NCBI GenBank assembly: GCA_964035545.1
Contig: OZ037768.1
Location: 14,703,675-14,767,674, forward strand
Length of the DNA stretch: 64,000 nt
Origin: Bugula neritina
Lineage: Eukaryota > Animalia > Bryozoa
Direction: 5' to 3'
Shown piece after piece: positions 1-13,000 of the stretch (positions are counted from its first letter, which is position 1; each line of letters begins with the position of its first letter). The translations under genes and the position numbers were made by a program. The notes under the pieces were generated by a model, which ran no database searches, was not told where the DNA came from, and saw only the letters and a list, made by a program, of their open reading frames with translations.

Positions 1-3000
1 TGTAACATACTAAGGCATTCTGCAACATACCGAAAAATATGGTAACCTACCGAAATATGTTACAAACTACTGAAACATAATGCAAACTTCCTGCACCATA
101 ATGAAATATACTGCAACATACTGAATGATACTGCAACATACTGCAACATACTGAAAGACACTGTAGAATACTGAAATTAACTGCAACATACTGAAATATA
201 CTGCAAGATACTGCAACATACTGAAATACATTGTAAGATACCTAAATACACTGCAACATACTGCAACATGTTGAAATACACTGTAACCTATTGAAAAACA
301 CTGCAACACATTGAAATATACCGCAACATACCGAAACGTATGGTAACCTACTGAAATATGCTGTAACACATTGAAATATCCTTCAACACATTGAAATATA
401 CTGCAACATACTGAAATGTGCTGTAGCATACTGAAATACACTGCAAGACACTGAAGTATACTGTAATATACAGAAATGTACTGTAAAACACTGAAATATA
501 CTTCAACATACAGAAAACTACCTAAAAACATTGAAACATACTGAAATACATTGTAACATACTGAAATACACTGCAACACATTGGAATATACTGCAACATA
601 CCGAAATATATGGTAACTTACTGAATTATGTTACAAACTACTGAAACATACTGCAACATACTGCAACATAATGAAATATACTGCAACATACTGAAAGATA
701 CTGCAACATACTGCTACATACTGAAATACACGGTAACATACTGAAATACACTGCAACATACTGAAAGATACTGCAACATACTGCAACATACTGAAACACA
801 CTGTAGAATACTGAAATATACTGCAAAATACTAAAATATACTGCAAGATACTGCAACATACTGAAATACATTGTAAGATACCTAAATACACTGCAACATA
901 CTGCAAGTTACTGCAACATATTGAAATACACTGTAACATATTGAAAAACACTGCAACACATTGAAATATACCGCAACATACCAAAGTACATGGTAGCCTA
1001 CTGAAATATACTGTAACACATTGAAATATACTGCAACATACTGAAATACACTGCATCACACTAAAGTATACCGTAACAAACAGAAATGTACTGTAACATA
1101 TTGAAATATACTGCAACACATTGAAATAGACTGCAACATACTGTAATGTGGTGTAGCATACTGGAATACACTGCAACACACTGAAATATACTGTAATATA
1201 CAAATATGTACTGTAAAATACTGAAATATACTTCAACATACTGAAAAATACCTAAAAACTTTGAAACATACTGAAATACACTGTGACATACTGAAATACA
1301 CCGCAACACATTGGAATATTCTGCAACATACCGAAATATATTGTAACCTACTGAATTATGTTACAAACTACTGAAATATACTGTAACATACTGCAACATA
1401 ATGAAATATACTGCAACATACTGAAAGTCACTGCAACATACTGAAGTACACTGCAACACATTGAAATATACTGCAACATACCGAAATATATGGTAACCTA
1501 CGGAAACATGTTGCAAACCACTGAAACACACTGCAACAGACTGCGACAAAATGAATTATACTGTAACACACTGAAACATACCGCAAAATACTGAAATGTA
1601 CTGTAACATATTAAGACATACTGCAACATACTGAAATATAATGCAGCCTACTGCAACATAATGAAAGATACTGCAACATACTGCAACATACCGAAATACA
1701 CTCTAACATACTGAAATATACTGCAACATACTGCAACATATTGAAATACACCGTAACATATTGAAAAACACTGCGACAAATTGAACTATATTGTAACATA
1801 CTGAAACATACGTCAACATACTGAAATGTACTACAGCACACTGCAATATACTGAAACATACCGAAATATATGGTAACCTACTGAGACACGTTGTAAACCA
1901 CTGAAACATACTGCAACATCCTGCAACAAAATGAAATCTACTGTAACACACTGAAACAGAGTGCAAAATACTGAAACATACTGTAACATACTAAGACATA
2001 CTGCAACATACTGAAATATAATGCAACGTACCGAAATATACTTCAACATACTAAAATACACTGCAAAACACTGCAACATACTGAAATATACTGAAAAACA
2101 CTGTAACATATTGAAATACACTGCAACACATTGAAATATTCCGCAACATACCGAAATATATGGTAACCTAATGAAATATACTGTAACACGTTGAAGTACA
2201 CTGCAACATACTGAAATACACTGCAACACACTAAATTATACTGTAATTTACACAAATGTACTGTAACATACTGAACAATGCGGCAACATATTGAAATATA
2301 CTGCAACACATTGAAATATGCTGCAACTTACTGAAATGCGCTGTAGCATACTGAAATACACTGCAACACACTGAAGTATACTGTAATATATAGAAATGTA
2401 CTGTAAAATACTGAAATGTACTTCAACATACTGAAAAATACCTAAAAATGTTGAAACATATTGAAATACACTGAAACATACTGAAATACACTGCAACACA
2501 TTGGAATATACTGCAACATACCGAAATAAATGGTAACCTACTGAACTATGTTTCAAACTACTGAAATATACAGCAACATACTGAAATACACCGTAACATA
2601 CTGAAATACACTGCAGCCTACTGAAATACACTGTACCATATTGAAATTCACTGCAACACACTGAAATATACTGAAACATACTGAAATACATGGTAGCCTA
2701 CTGAAATATGTTGCAAACCACTGAAACATACTGCAACATCCTGCAACAAAATGATTTATACGGTAACACACTGAAGCATACTGCAATATACTGAAATACA
2801 CTGTAACATACTAAGGCATTCTGCAACATACCGAAAAATATGGTAACCTACCGAAATATGTTACAAACTACTGAAACATAATGCAAACTTCCTGCACCAT
2901 AATGAAATATACTGCAACATACTGAATGATACTGCAACATACTGCAACATACTGAAAGACACTGTAGAATACTGAAATTAACTGCAACATACTGAAATAT

Positions 3001-5328
3001 ACTGCAAGATACTGCAACATACTGAAATACATTGTAAGATACCTAAATACACTGCAACATACTGCAACATGTTGAAATACACTGTAACCTATTGAAAAAC
3101 ACTGCAACACATTGAAATATACCGCAACATACCGAAACGTATGGTAACCTACTGAAATATGCTGTAACACATTGAAATATCCTTCAACACATTGAAATAT
3201 ACTGCAACATACTGAAATGTGCTGTAGCATACTGAAATACACTGCAAGACACTGAAGTATACTGTAATATACAGAAATGTACTGTAAAACACTGAAATAT
3301 ACTTCAACATACAGAAAACTACCTAAAAACATTGAAACATACTGAAATACATTGTAACATACTGAAATACACTGCAACACATTGGAATATACTGCAACAT
3401 ACCGAAATATATGGTAACTTACTGAATTATGTTACAAACTACTGAAACATACTGCAACATACTGCAACATAATGAAATATACTGCAACATACTGAAAGAT
3501 ACTGCAACATACTGCTACATACTGAAATACACGGTAACATACTGAAATACACTGCAACATACTGAAAGATACTGCAACATACTGCAACATACTGAAACAC
3601 ACTGTAGAATACTGAAATATACTGCAAAATACTAAAATATACTGCAAGATACTGCAACATACTGAAATACATTGTAAGATACCTAAATACACTGCAACAT
3701 ACTGCAAGTTACTGCAACATATTGAAATACACTGTAACATATTGAAAAACACTGCAACACATTGAAATATACCGCAACATACCAAAGTACATGGTAGCCT
3801 ACTGAAATATACTGTAACACATTGAAATATACTGCAACATACTGAAATACACTGCATCACACTAAAGTATACCGTAACAAACAGAAATGTACTGTAACAT
3901 ATTGAAATATACTGCAACACATTGAAATAGACTGCAACATACTGTAATGTGGTGTAGCATACTGGAATACACTGCAACACACTGAAATATACTGTAATAT
4001 ACAAATATGTACTGTAAAATACTGAAATATACTTCAACATACTGAAAAATACCTAAAAACTTTGAAACATACTGAAATACACTGTGACATACTGAAATAC
4101 ACCGCAACACATTGGAATATTCTGCAACATACCGAAATATATTGTAACCTACTGAATTATGTTACAAACTACTGAAATATACTGTAACATACTGCAACAT
4201 AATGAAATATACTGCAACATACTGAAAGTCACTGCAACATACTGAAGTACACTGCAACACATTGAAATATACTGCAACATACCGAAATATATGGTAACCT
4301 ACGGAAACATGTTGCAAACCACTGAAACACACTGCAACAGACTGCGACAAAATGAATTATACTGTAACACACTGAAACATACCGCAAAATACTGAAATGT
4401 ACTGTAACATATTAAGACATACTGCAACATACTGAAATATAATGCAGCCTACTGCAACATAATGAAAGATACTGCAACATACTGCAACATACCGAAATAC
4501 ACTCTAACATACTGAAATATACTGCAACATACTGCAACATATTGAAATACACCGTAACATATTGAAAAACACTGCGACAAATTGAACTATATTGTAACAT
4601 ACTGAAACATACGTCAACATACTGAAATGTACTACAGCACACTGCAATATACTGAAACATACCGAAATATATGGTAACCTACTGAGACACGTTGTAAACC
4701 ACTGAAACATACTGCAACATCCTGCAACAAAATGAAATCTACTGTAACACACTGAAACAGAGTGCAAAATACTGAAACATACTGTAACATACTAAGACAT
4801 ACTGCAACATACTGAAATATAATGCAACGTACCGAAATATACTTCAACATACTAAAATACACTGCAAAACACTGCAACATACTGAAATATACTGAAAAAC
4901 ACTGTAACATATTGAAATACACTGCAACACATTGAAATATTCCGCAACATACCGAAATATATGGTAACCTAATGAAATATACTGTAACACGTTGAAGTAC
5001 ACTGCAACATACTGAAATACACTGCAACACACTAAATTATACTGTAATTTACACAAATGTACTGTAACATACTGAACAATGCGGCAACATATTGAAATAT
5101 ACTGCAACACATTGAAATATGCTGCAACTTACTGAAATGCGCTGTAGCATACTGAAATACACTGCAACACACTGAAGTATACTGTAATATATAGAAATGT
5201 ACTGTAAAATACTGAAATGTACTTCAACATACTGAAAAATACCTAAAAATGTTGAAACATATTGAAATACACTGAAACATACTGAAATACACTGCAACAC
5301 ATTGGAATATACTGCAACATACCGAAAG
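1..5328 (+). repeat. Higher-order repeat, period 2801 bp (~1.9 copies visible)
   Basis: Identical ORF translations at 67/2868, 631/3432, 1061/3862, 1831/4632 and 2043/4844. The copies diverge at ~2527 vs ~5328. Confidence 0.95.
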
Positions 5329-8300
5329 ATATGGGAACTTACTGAAATATGTTGCAAACCACTGAAACATACTGCAACATCCTGCAACAAAATGAATTAT
5401 ACGGTAACACACTGAAGCATACTGCAATATACTGAAATACACTGTAACATACTAAGACATACTGCAACATACCGAAAAATATGGTAACCTACTGAAATAT
5501 GTTACAAACTACCGAAACATACTGCAACATACTGCACCATAATGAATTATACTGCAACATACTGAAAGATACTGCAACATACTGCAACATACTGAAGCAC
5601 ACTGTAGAATACTGAAATATACTGCAACATACTGAAATATGCTGCAAAAAACTGCAACACACTGAAATACATTGTAAGATACCTAAATACACTGCAACAT
5701 TCTGCAAGATACTGCAACATATTGAAATACACTGTAACATATTGAAAAACACTGCAACACATTGAAATATACCGCAACATACCGAAGTATATGGTAGCCT
5801 ACTGAAATATACTGCAAAATACTGAAATATACCTAAAAATATTGAAACATACTGAAATACACTGTAACATATTGAAATGCACTGCAACACATTTAAATAT
5901 ACCGCAACATACCGAAATGTATGGTAACCTACTGAAATATGCTGTAACACATTGAAATATCCTGCAACACATTGAGATATACTGCAACATACTGAAATGT
6001 GCTGTAGCATACTGAAATACACTGCAACACACTGAAGTATACTGTAATATACAGAAATGTACTGTAAAACACTGAAATATACTTCAACATACTGAAAACT
6101 ACCTAAAAATCTTGAAACATATTGAAATACACGGAAACATTCTGAAATACACTGCAACACATTGGAATATACTGCAACATACCGAAATATATGGTAACCT
6201 ACTGAAATATGTTTCAAACTTCTGAAATATACAGCAACATACTGAAATACACCGTAACATACTGAAATACACTGCAACCTACTGCAACATACTGAAAAAC
6301 ACTGTAACATATTGAAATACACTGCAACACACTGAAATATACTGAAACATACCGAAATGTATGGTAACCTACTGAATTATGCTGTAACACATTGAAATAT
6401 ACTGCAACACATTGAAATATACTGCAACAAACAGAAATGTGCTGTAGCATACTGAAATACACTGCAACACACTGAAGTATACTGTAACATACAGAAATGT
6501 ACTGTAAAACACTGAAATATGCTTCAACATACTGAAAACTACCTAAAAATAGTGAAACATACTGAAATACACTGTAACATACTGAAATACACTGCAACAC
6601 ATTGGAATATACTGCAACATACCAAAATATATGGTAACCTACTGAAATATGTTACAAACTACTGAAACATACTGCAACATACTGCAACATAATGAAATAT
6701 ACTGCAACATACTGAAAGATACTGCAACAAACTGCAACATACTGAAATACACGGTAACATACTGAAATACACTGCAGCATACTGAAATATACTGCAAGAT
6801 ACTGTAACATACTGAAACACATTGTAAGATACTAAAATACACTGCAACATACTGCAACATACTGAAATACACTGTAACATATTGAAAAACACTGACACAC
6901 ATTGAAATATACTGCAACATACTGAAACATACGGCAACATACTGAAATATACTGCGACACATTGAAATATACTGCAACATACTGAAATATGCTGTAGCAT
7001 ACTGAAATACACTGCAACACACTGAAGTATACTGTATTATACAGAACTTTACTGTAACATACTGAAATATACTTCAACATACTGAAATGTACTGCAACAT
7101 ACTAAAATATACTGCAACATACTGAAATACACTGTAACATACTGAATTACACTGCAACATACTGAAATACACTGTTACACATTAAAATACACCGCAACAC
7201 ACTGAAATATACTGAAACATACCGAAATATATGGTAACCTACTGAGACACGTTGCAAACCACTGAAACATACTGCAACATCCTGCAACAAAATGAAATCT
7301 ACTGTAACATACCGAAACATACTGCAAAATACTGAAACATACTGTAACATACTAAGACATACTGCAACATACTGAAATATAATGCAACATACTGAAATAT
7401 ACTTCAACATACTAAAATACACTGCAAAACACTGCAACATACTGAAATATACTGAAAAACACTGTAACATATTGAAATACACTGCAACACATTGGAATAT
7501 TCTGCAACATACCGAAATATATGGTAACCTAATGAAATATACTGTAAAACGTTGAAGTACACTGCAACATACTGAAATACACTGCAACACACTAAATTGT
7601 ACTGTAATTTACAGAAATGTACTGTAACATACTGAAATATACTGCAACACATTGAAACATACTGCAACTTACTGAAATGTGCTGTAGCATACTGAAATAC
7701 ACTGCAACACACTGAAGTATACTGTAATATACAGAAATGTGCTGTAAAATACTGAGATATACTTCAACATACTGAAAAATACCTAAAAATCTTGAAACAT
7801 ATTGAAATACACTGAAACATTCTGAAATACACTGCAACACATTGGAATATACTGCAACATAACAAAATATATGGTAACCTACTGAAATATGTTTCAAACT
7901 ACTGAAATATACTGCAACATACTGAAATACACCGTGACATACTGAAATACACTGCAACATACTGAAATACACTGTACCATATTGAAATACACTGCAACAC
8001 TCTGAAATATACTGAAACATACTGAAATATATGGCAGCCTACTGAAATATGTTGCAAACCGCTGAAACATCCTGCAACATCCTGGAACAAAATGATTTAT
8101 ACGGTAACACACTGAAGCATACTGCAATATACTGAAACACACTGTAACATACTAAGGCATACTGCAACATACCGAAAAATATGGTAACCTACCGAAATAT
8201 GTTACAAACTACTGAAACATACTGCAACATACTGCACCATAATGAAATATACTGCAACATACTGAATGATACTGCAAGATACTGCAACATACTGAACTAC

Positions 8301-9268
8301 ATTGTAAGATTCCTAAATACACTGCAACATACTGCAACATACTGCAACATGTTGAAATACACTGTAACATATTGAAAAACACTGCAACACATTGAAATAT
8401 ACCGCAACGTACCGAAGTATATGGTAGCCTACTGAAATATATTGCGACATATTGAAATATACTGCAGCATACTGAAATATGCTGTAACATACTAAGACAT
8501 ACTGCAACAAACTGAAATATAATGCAACATACTGAAATATACTTCAACATACTAAAATACACTACAACACACTGCAACATACCGAAATATACTGCAACAT
8601 ACTGAAATACACTGTAACATACTGAATTACACTGCAACATACTGTATCATACTGAAGTTCACTGCAACACATTGAAATATATTGCAACATACCGAATTAT
8701 ACTTCAACATACTGAAAAATACCGAAAAATATTGAAACATGCTGTAATACACTGTAACATACTGAAATACACTGTAACATACTGAAATACACTGTAACAT
8801 ATTGAAATACACTGCAACATACTGCAACATACTGAAAAACACTGTAACATATTGAAATACACTGCAACACATTGAAACATTCCGCAACATACTGAATTTT
8901 ATGGTAACCTAATGAAATATACTGTAACACGTTGAAGTACACTGCAACATACTGAAATACACTGCAACACACTAAAGTATACTGTAATTTACAGAAATGT
9001 ACTGTAACATACTGAAACATGCGACAACATATTGAAACATACTGCAACACATTGAAATATACTGCAACTTACTGAAATGTGCTGTAGCATACTGAAATAC
9101 ACTGCAACACGCTGAAGTATACTGTAATATACAGAAATGTACTGTAACATACTGAAACTTATGGCAACATACTTAAATGTACTGCAACATACTTAAATAT
9201 ACCGCAACAAACTGAATATACGGTAACCTACCGAATTATGTTGCAAACTACTAAAATATACTGAAATA
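1..9268 (+). repeat. Satellite block 1 (A-rich strand on +)
   Basis: actgcaacat/actgaaatat units up to ...ctaaaatata ctgaaata(9268). Stop-free ORFs lie almost only on the - strand. Confidence 0.97.
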
Positions 9269-9275
9269 TTTGCAG
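9261..9275. other. Inversion junction 1 (orientation switch), centred on palindrome AAATATTT
   Basis: ctgAAATATTTgcag; 9264-9271 is self-complementary and there is no spacer sequence. Confidence 0.93.
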
Positions 9276-10029
9276 TGTATTTTAATATGTAACAGTGTAT
9301 TTCAGTATGTTGCAGTGTATTTCAGTACGTTACAGTGTATTTCAGTATGTTGCAGTATATTTCAGCATGTTGCAGTACTTTTCAGTATGTTGACGTACGT
9401 TTCAGTATGTTACTGTACAATTCTGTGTATTACAGTATACTTCAATGTGTCGCAGTATATTTCAGTATGTTGCCGTATGTTTCAGTTTGTTGCAGTATAT
9501 TTCAATGTGTTGCAGTGTTTTTCAATATGTTACAGTGTATTTCAATATGTTGCAGTATGTTGCAGTGTATTTCAGTGTATTTCAGTATCTTACATTGTGT
9601 TTCAGTATGTTGCAGTAACTTGCAGTATAATTCAGTATGTTGCAGTGTCTTACAGTATGTTACAGTGTATTTCAGTATGTTGCACTATTTTGCAGTATTT
9701 TTTCAGTATGTTGCAGTATACCTCTTTATGTTGCAGTATGTTGCAGTATATTTTAGTAGTTTGCAACATATTTCAGTAGGTTGCCATATATTTCGGTATG
9801 TTGCAGTATATTTCAATCTGTTGCAGTGTATTTCAGTATGTTACAGTGTCTCTCAGTGTGTTTCATTATTTTTAGGTATATTTCAGTATGTTGAAGTTTA
9901 TTTCAGTATGTTGCAGTGTAATTCAGTATTTTGTATTATATTTCAGTATGTTGCAGTATGATTTAGTACGTTACGGTATATTTCAATATTTTGCAGTACG
10001 TTGCAGTGTAATTCAGTATGTTACAGTGT

Positions 10030-13000
10030 ATTTCAGTATGTTACAGTGTATTACAGCATGTTTCAATATTTTTTGGTATTTTTCAGTATGTTGAAGTATA
10101 ATTCGGTATGTTGCAATATATTTCAATGTGTTGCAGTGAACTTCAGTATGTTACAGTATGTTGCAGTGTAATTCAGTATGTTACAGTGTATTTCAGTATG
10201 TTGCAGTATATTTCGGTATGTTGCAGTGTGTTGTAGTGTATTTTAGTATGTTGAAGTATATTTCAGTATGTTGCATTATATTTCGGTATGTTGCAGTATG
10301 TCTTTGTATGTTACAGCATATTTCAGTATGTTGCAGTATATTTTAATATGTCGCAGTATATTTCAGTAGGCTACCATATACTTCGGTACGTTGCGGTATA
10401 TTTCAATGTGTTGCAGTGTTTTTCAATATGTTACAGTGTATTTCAACATGTTGCAGTATGTTGCAGTATGTTGCAGTGTATTTAGGAATCTGACAATGTA
10501 TTTCAGTATGTTGCAGTATCTTGCAGTATCATTCAGTATGTTGCAGTATATTTCATTGTGGTGCAGTATGTTGCAGTATGATTCAGTAGTGTGTAACATA
10601 TTTCGGTAGGTTACCATATTTTTCGGTATGTTGCAGTATGCCTTAGTATGTTACAGTGTGTTTCAGTATATTGCAGTATGCTTCAGTGTGTTACGGTATA
10701 AATTATTTTGTTGCAGGATGTTGCAGTATGTTTCAGCGGTTTGCAACATATTTCAGTAGGCTACCATATATTTCAGTATGTTGCAGTGTATTTCAATATG
10801 CTACAGTGTATTTCAGTATGTTGCAGTGTATTTCAGTATGTTACGGTGTATTTCAGTATGTTGCAGTATATTTCAGTAGTTTGAAACATATTTCAGTAGG
10901 TTACCATATATTTTGGTATGTTGCAGTATATTCCAATGTGTTGCTGTGTATTTCAGAGTGTTTCAGTGTATTTCAATATGTTTCAAGATTTTTAGGTATT
11001 TTTCAGTATGTTGAAGTATATCTCAGTATTTTACAGCACATTTCTGTATATTACAGTATACTTCAGTGTGTTGCGGTGTATTTCAGTATGCTACAGCACA
11101 TTTCAGTAAGTTGCAGTATATTTCAATGTGTTGCAGTATATTTTAGTATGTTGCAGTACATTTCTGTAAACTACAGTACAATTTAGTGTGTTGCAGTGTA
11201 TTTCAGTATTTTGCAGTGTACTTCAACGTTTTACAGTATATTTCATTAGGTTACCATATATTTCGGTATGTTGCAGAATATTTCAATGTGTTGCAGTGTA
11301 TTTCAATGTGTTACAGTGTTTTTCAGTATATTTCAGTATGTTGCAGTGTTTAGCAGTGTATTTTAGTATGTTGAAGTATATTTCAGTATGTTGCATTATA
11401 TTTCAGTACGTTGCAGTATGTCTTAGTATGTTACAGTATATGTCAGTATTTTGCAGTATGTTTCGGTGTGTTACAGTAGATTTCATTTTGTTGCAGGCTG
11501 TTGCAGTATGTTTCAGTGGTTTGCAACGTGTCTCAGTAGGTTACCATATATTTCGGTATGTTTCAGTATATTTCAGTGTGTTGAGGTGTATTTTAATGTG
11601 TAACAGTGTATTTCAGTATGTTGCAGTGTAATTCAGTATGTTACAGTGTATTTCAGTATGTTGAGGTATATTTCAGCATGTTGCAGTACATTTCAGTATG
11701 TTGATGTATATTTCAGTATGTTACAGTAAAGTTCTGTATATTACAGTATACTTCAGTGTGTTGCAGTGTATTTCAGTATGCTACAGCATATTTCAGTATG
11801 TTGCAGTATATTTCAATGTGTCGCAGTATATTTCAATATGTTGCCGTATGTTTCAGTATGTTGCAGTATATTTCAATGTGTGTCAGTGTTTTTCAATATG
11901 TTACAGTGTAATTCAGCATGTTGCAGTATGTTGCAGTGTATTTCAGTATCTTACAATGTGTTTCAGTATGTTGCAGTATCTTGCAGTATAATTCAGTATG
12001 TTGCAGTGTCTTACAGTATGTCACAGTGTATTTCAGTATGTTGCATCATCTTGCAGTATTTTGTCAGTATGTTGCAGTATACTTCATTATGTTGCAGTAT
12101 GTTGCAGTATATTTCAGTAGTTTGCAACATATTTCAGTAGGTTACCATATATTTCAGTATGTTGCAGTATATTTCAATTTGTTGCAGTGTGTTTCAGTAT
12201 GTTACAGTGTATTTCAGTGTGTTTCGATATTTTTAGGTATATTTCAGTATGTTGAAGTTTATTGCAGTATGTTGCAGTGTACTTCAGTATTTTGTATTAT
12301 ATTTCAGTATGTTGCAGTATGTTTTAGTATGTTACAGTATATTTCAGTATTTTGCAGTATGTTGCAGTGTAATTCAGTATCTTACAGTGTATTTCAGTAT
12401 GTTGCAGTATTTTGCAGTATCTTTTAAGCTGTTGCAGGATATTTCAATGTTTTTGCGGTATATTTCATAATGTTGCACAGTTGCAATATTTTTTGGTGAC
12501 TTTTAGTATATTTTAGTAGTTTGCAACATAATTCGGTAGGTTACCGTATATTCAGTTTGTTGCGGTATATTTAAGTATTTTGCAGTACATTTAAGGATGT
12601 TGCCATAAGTTTCAGTACGTTACAGTACATTTCTGTATATTACAGTATACTTCAGCGTGTTGCAGTATATTTCAATGTGTTGCAGGATATTTCAATGTGT
12701 TACAGCATATTTCAGTAGGTTACCATACATTTTGGTATGTTGCGGAATGTTTCAATGTGTTGCAGTGTATTTCAATATGTTACAGTGTTTTTCAGTATGT
12801 TGCAGTATGTTGCAGTGTATTTCAATATGTTACAGTGTATTTCAGCGTGTTACAGTGTATTACAGCATGTTTCAATATTTTTCAGTATTTTTCAGTTTGT
12901 TGAAGTATAATTCGGTATGTTGCAATATATTTCAATGTGTTGCAGTGAACTTCAGTATGTTACAGTATGTTGCAGTGTAATTCAGTATGTTACAGTGTAT

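Noticed and set aside
8181-8375. Rare A-rich-strand ORFs (MVTYRNMLQTT..., 64 aa, and its copies)
   Set aside because: A chance stop-free run in one frame, propagated by HOR duplication. Useful only as a positional marker.
9261-9275. Inversions as fold-back sequencing chimeras
   Set aside because: The arms at both junctions are not mirror-identical (SNPs, indels, off-centre symmetry axis), unlike fold-back reads. Spanning reads are still needed for proof.
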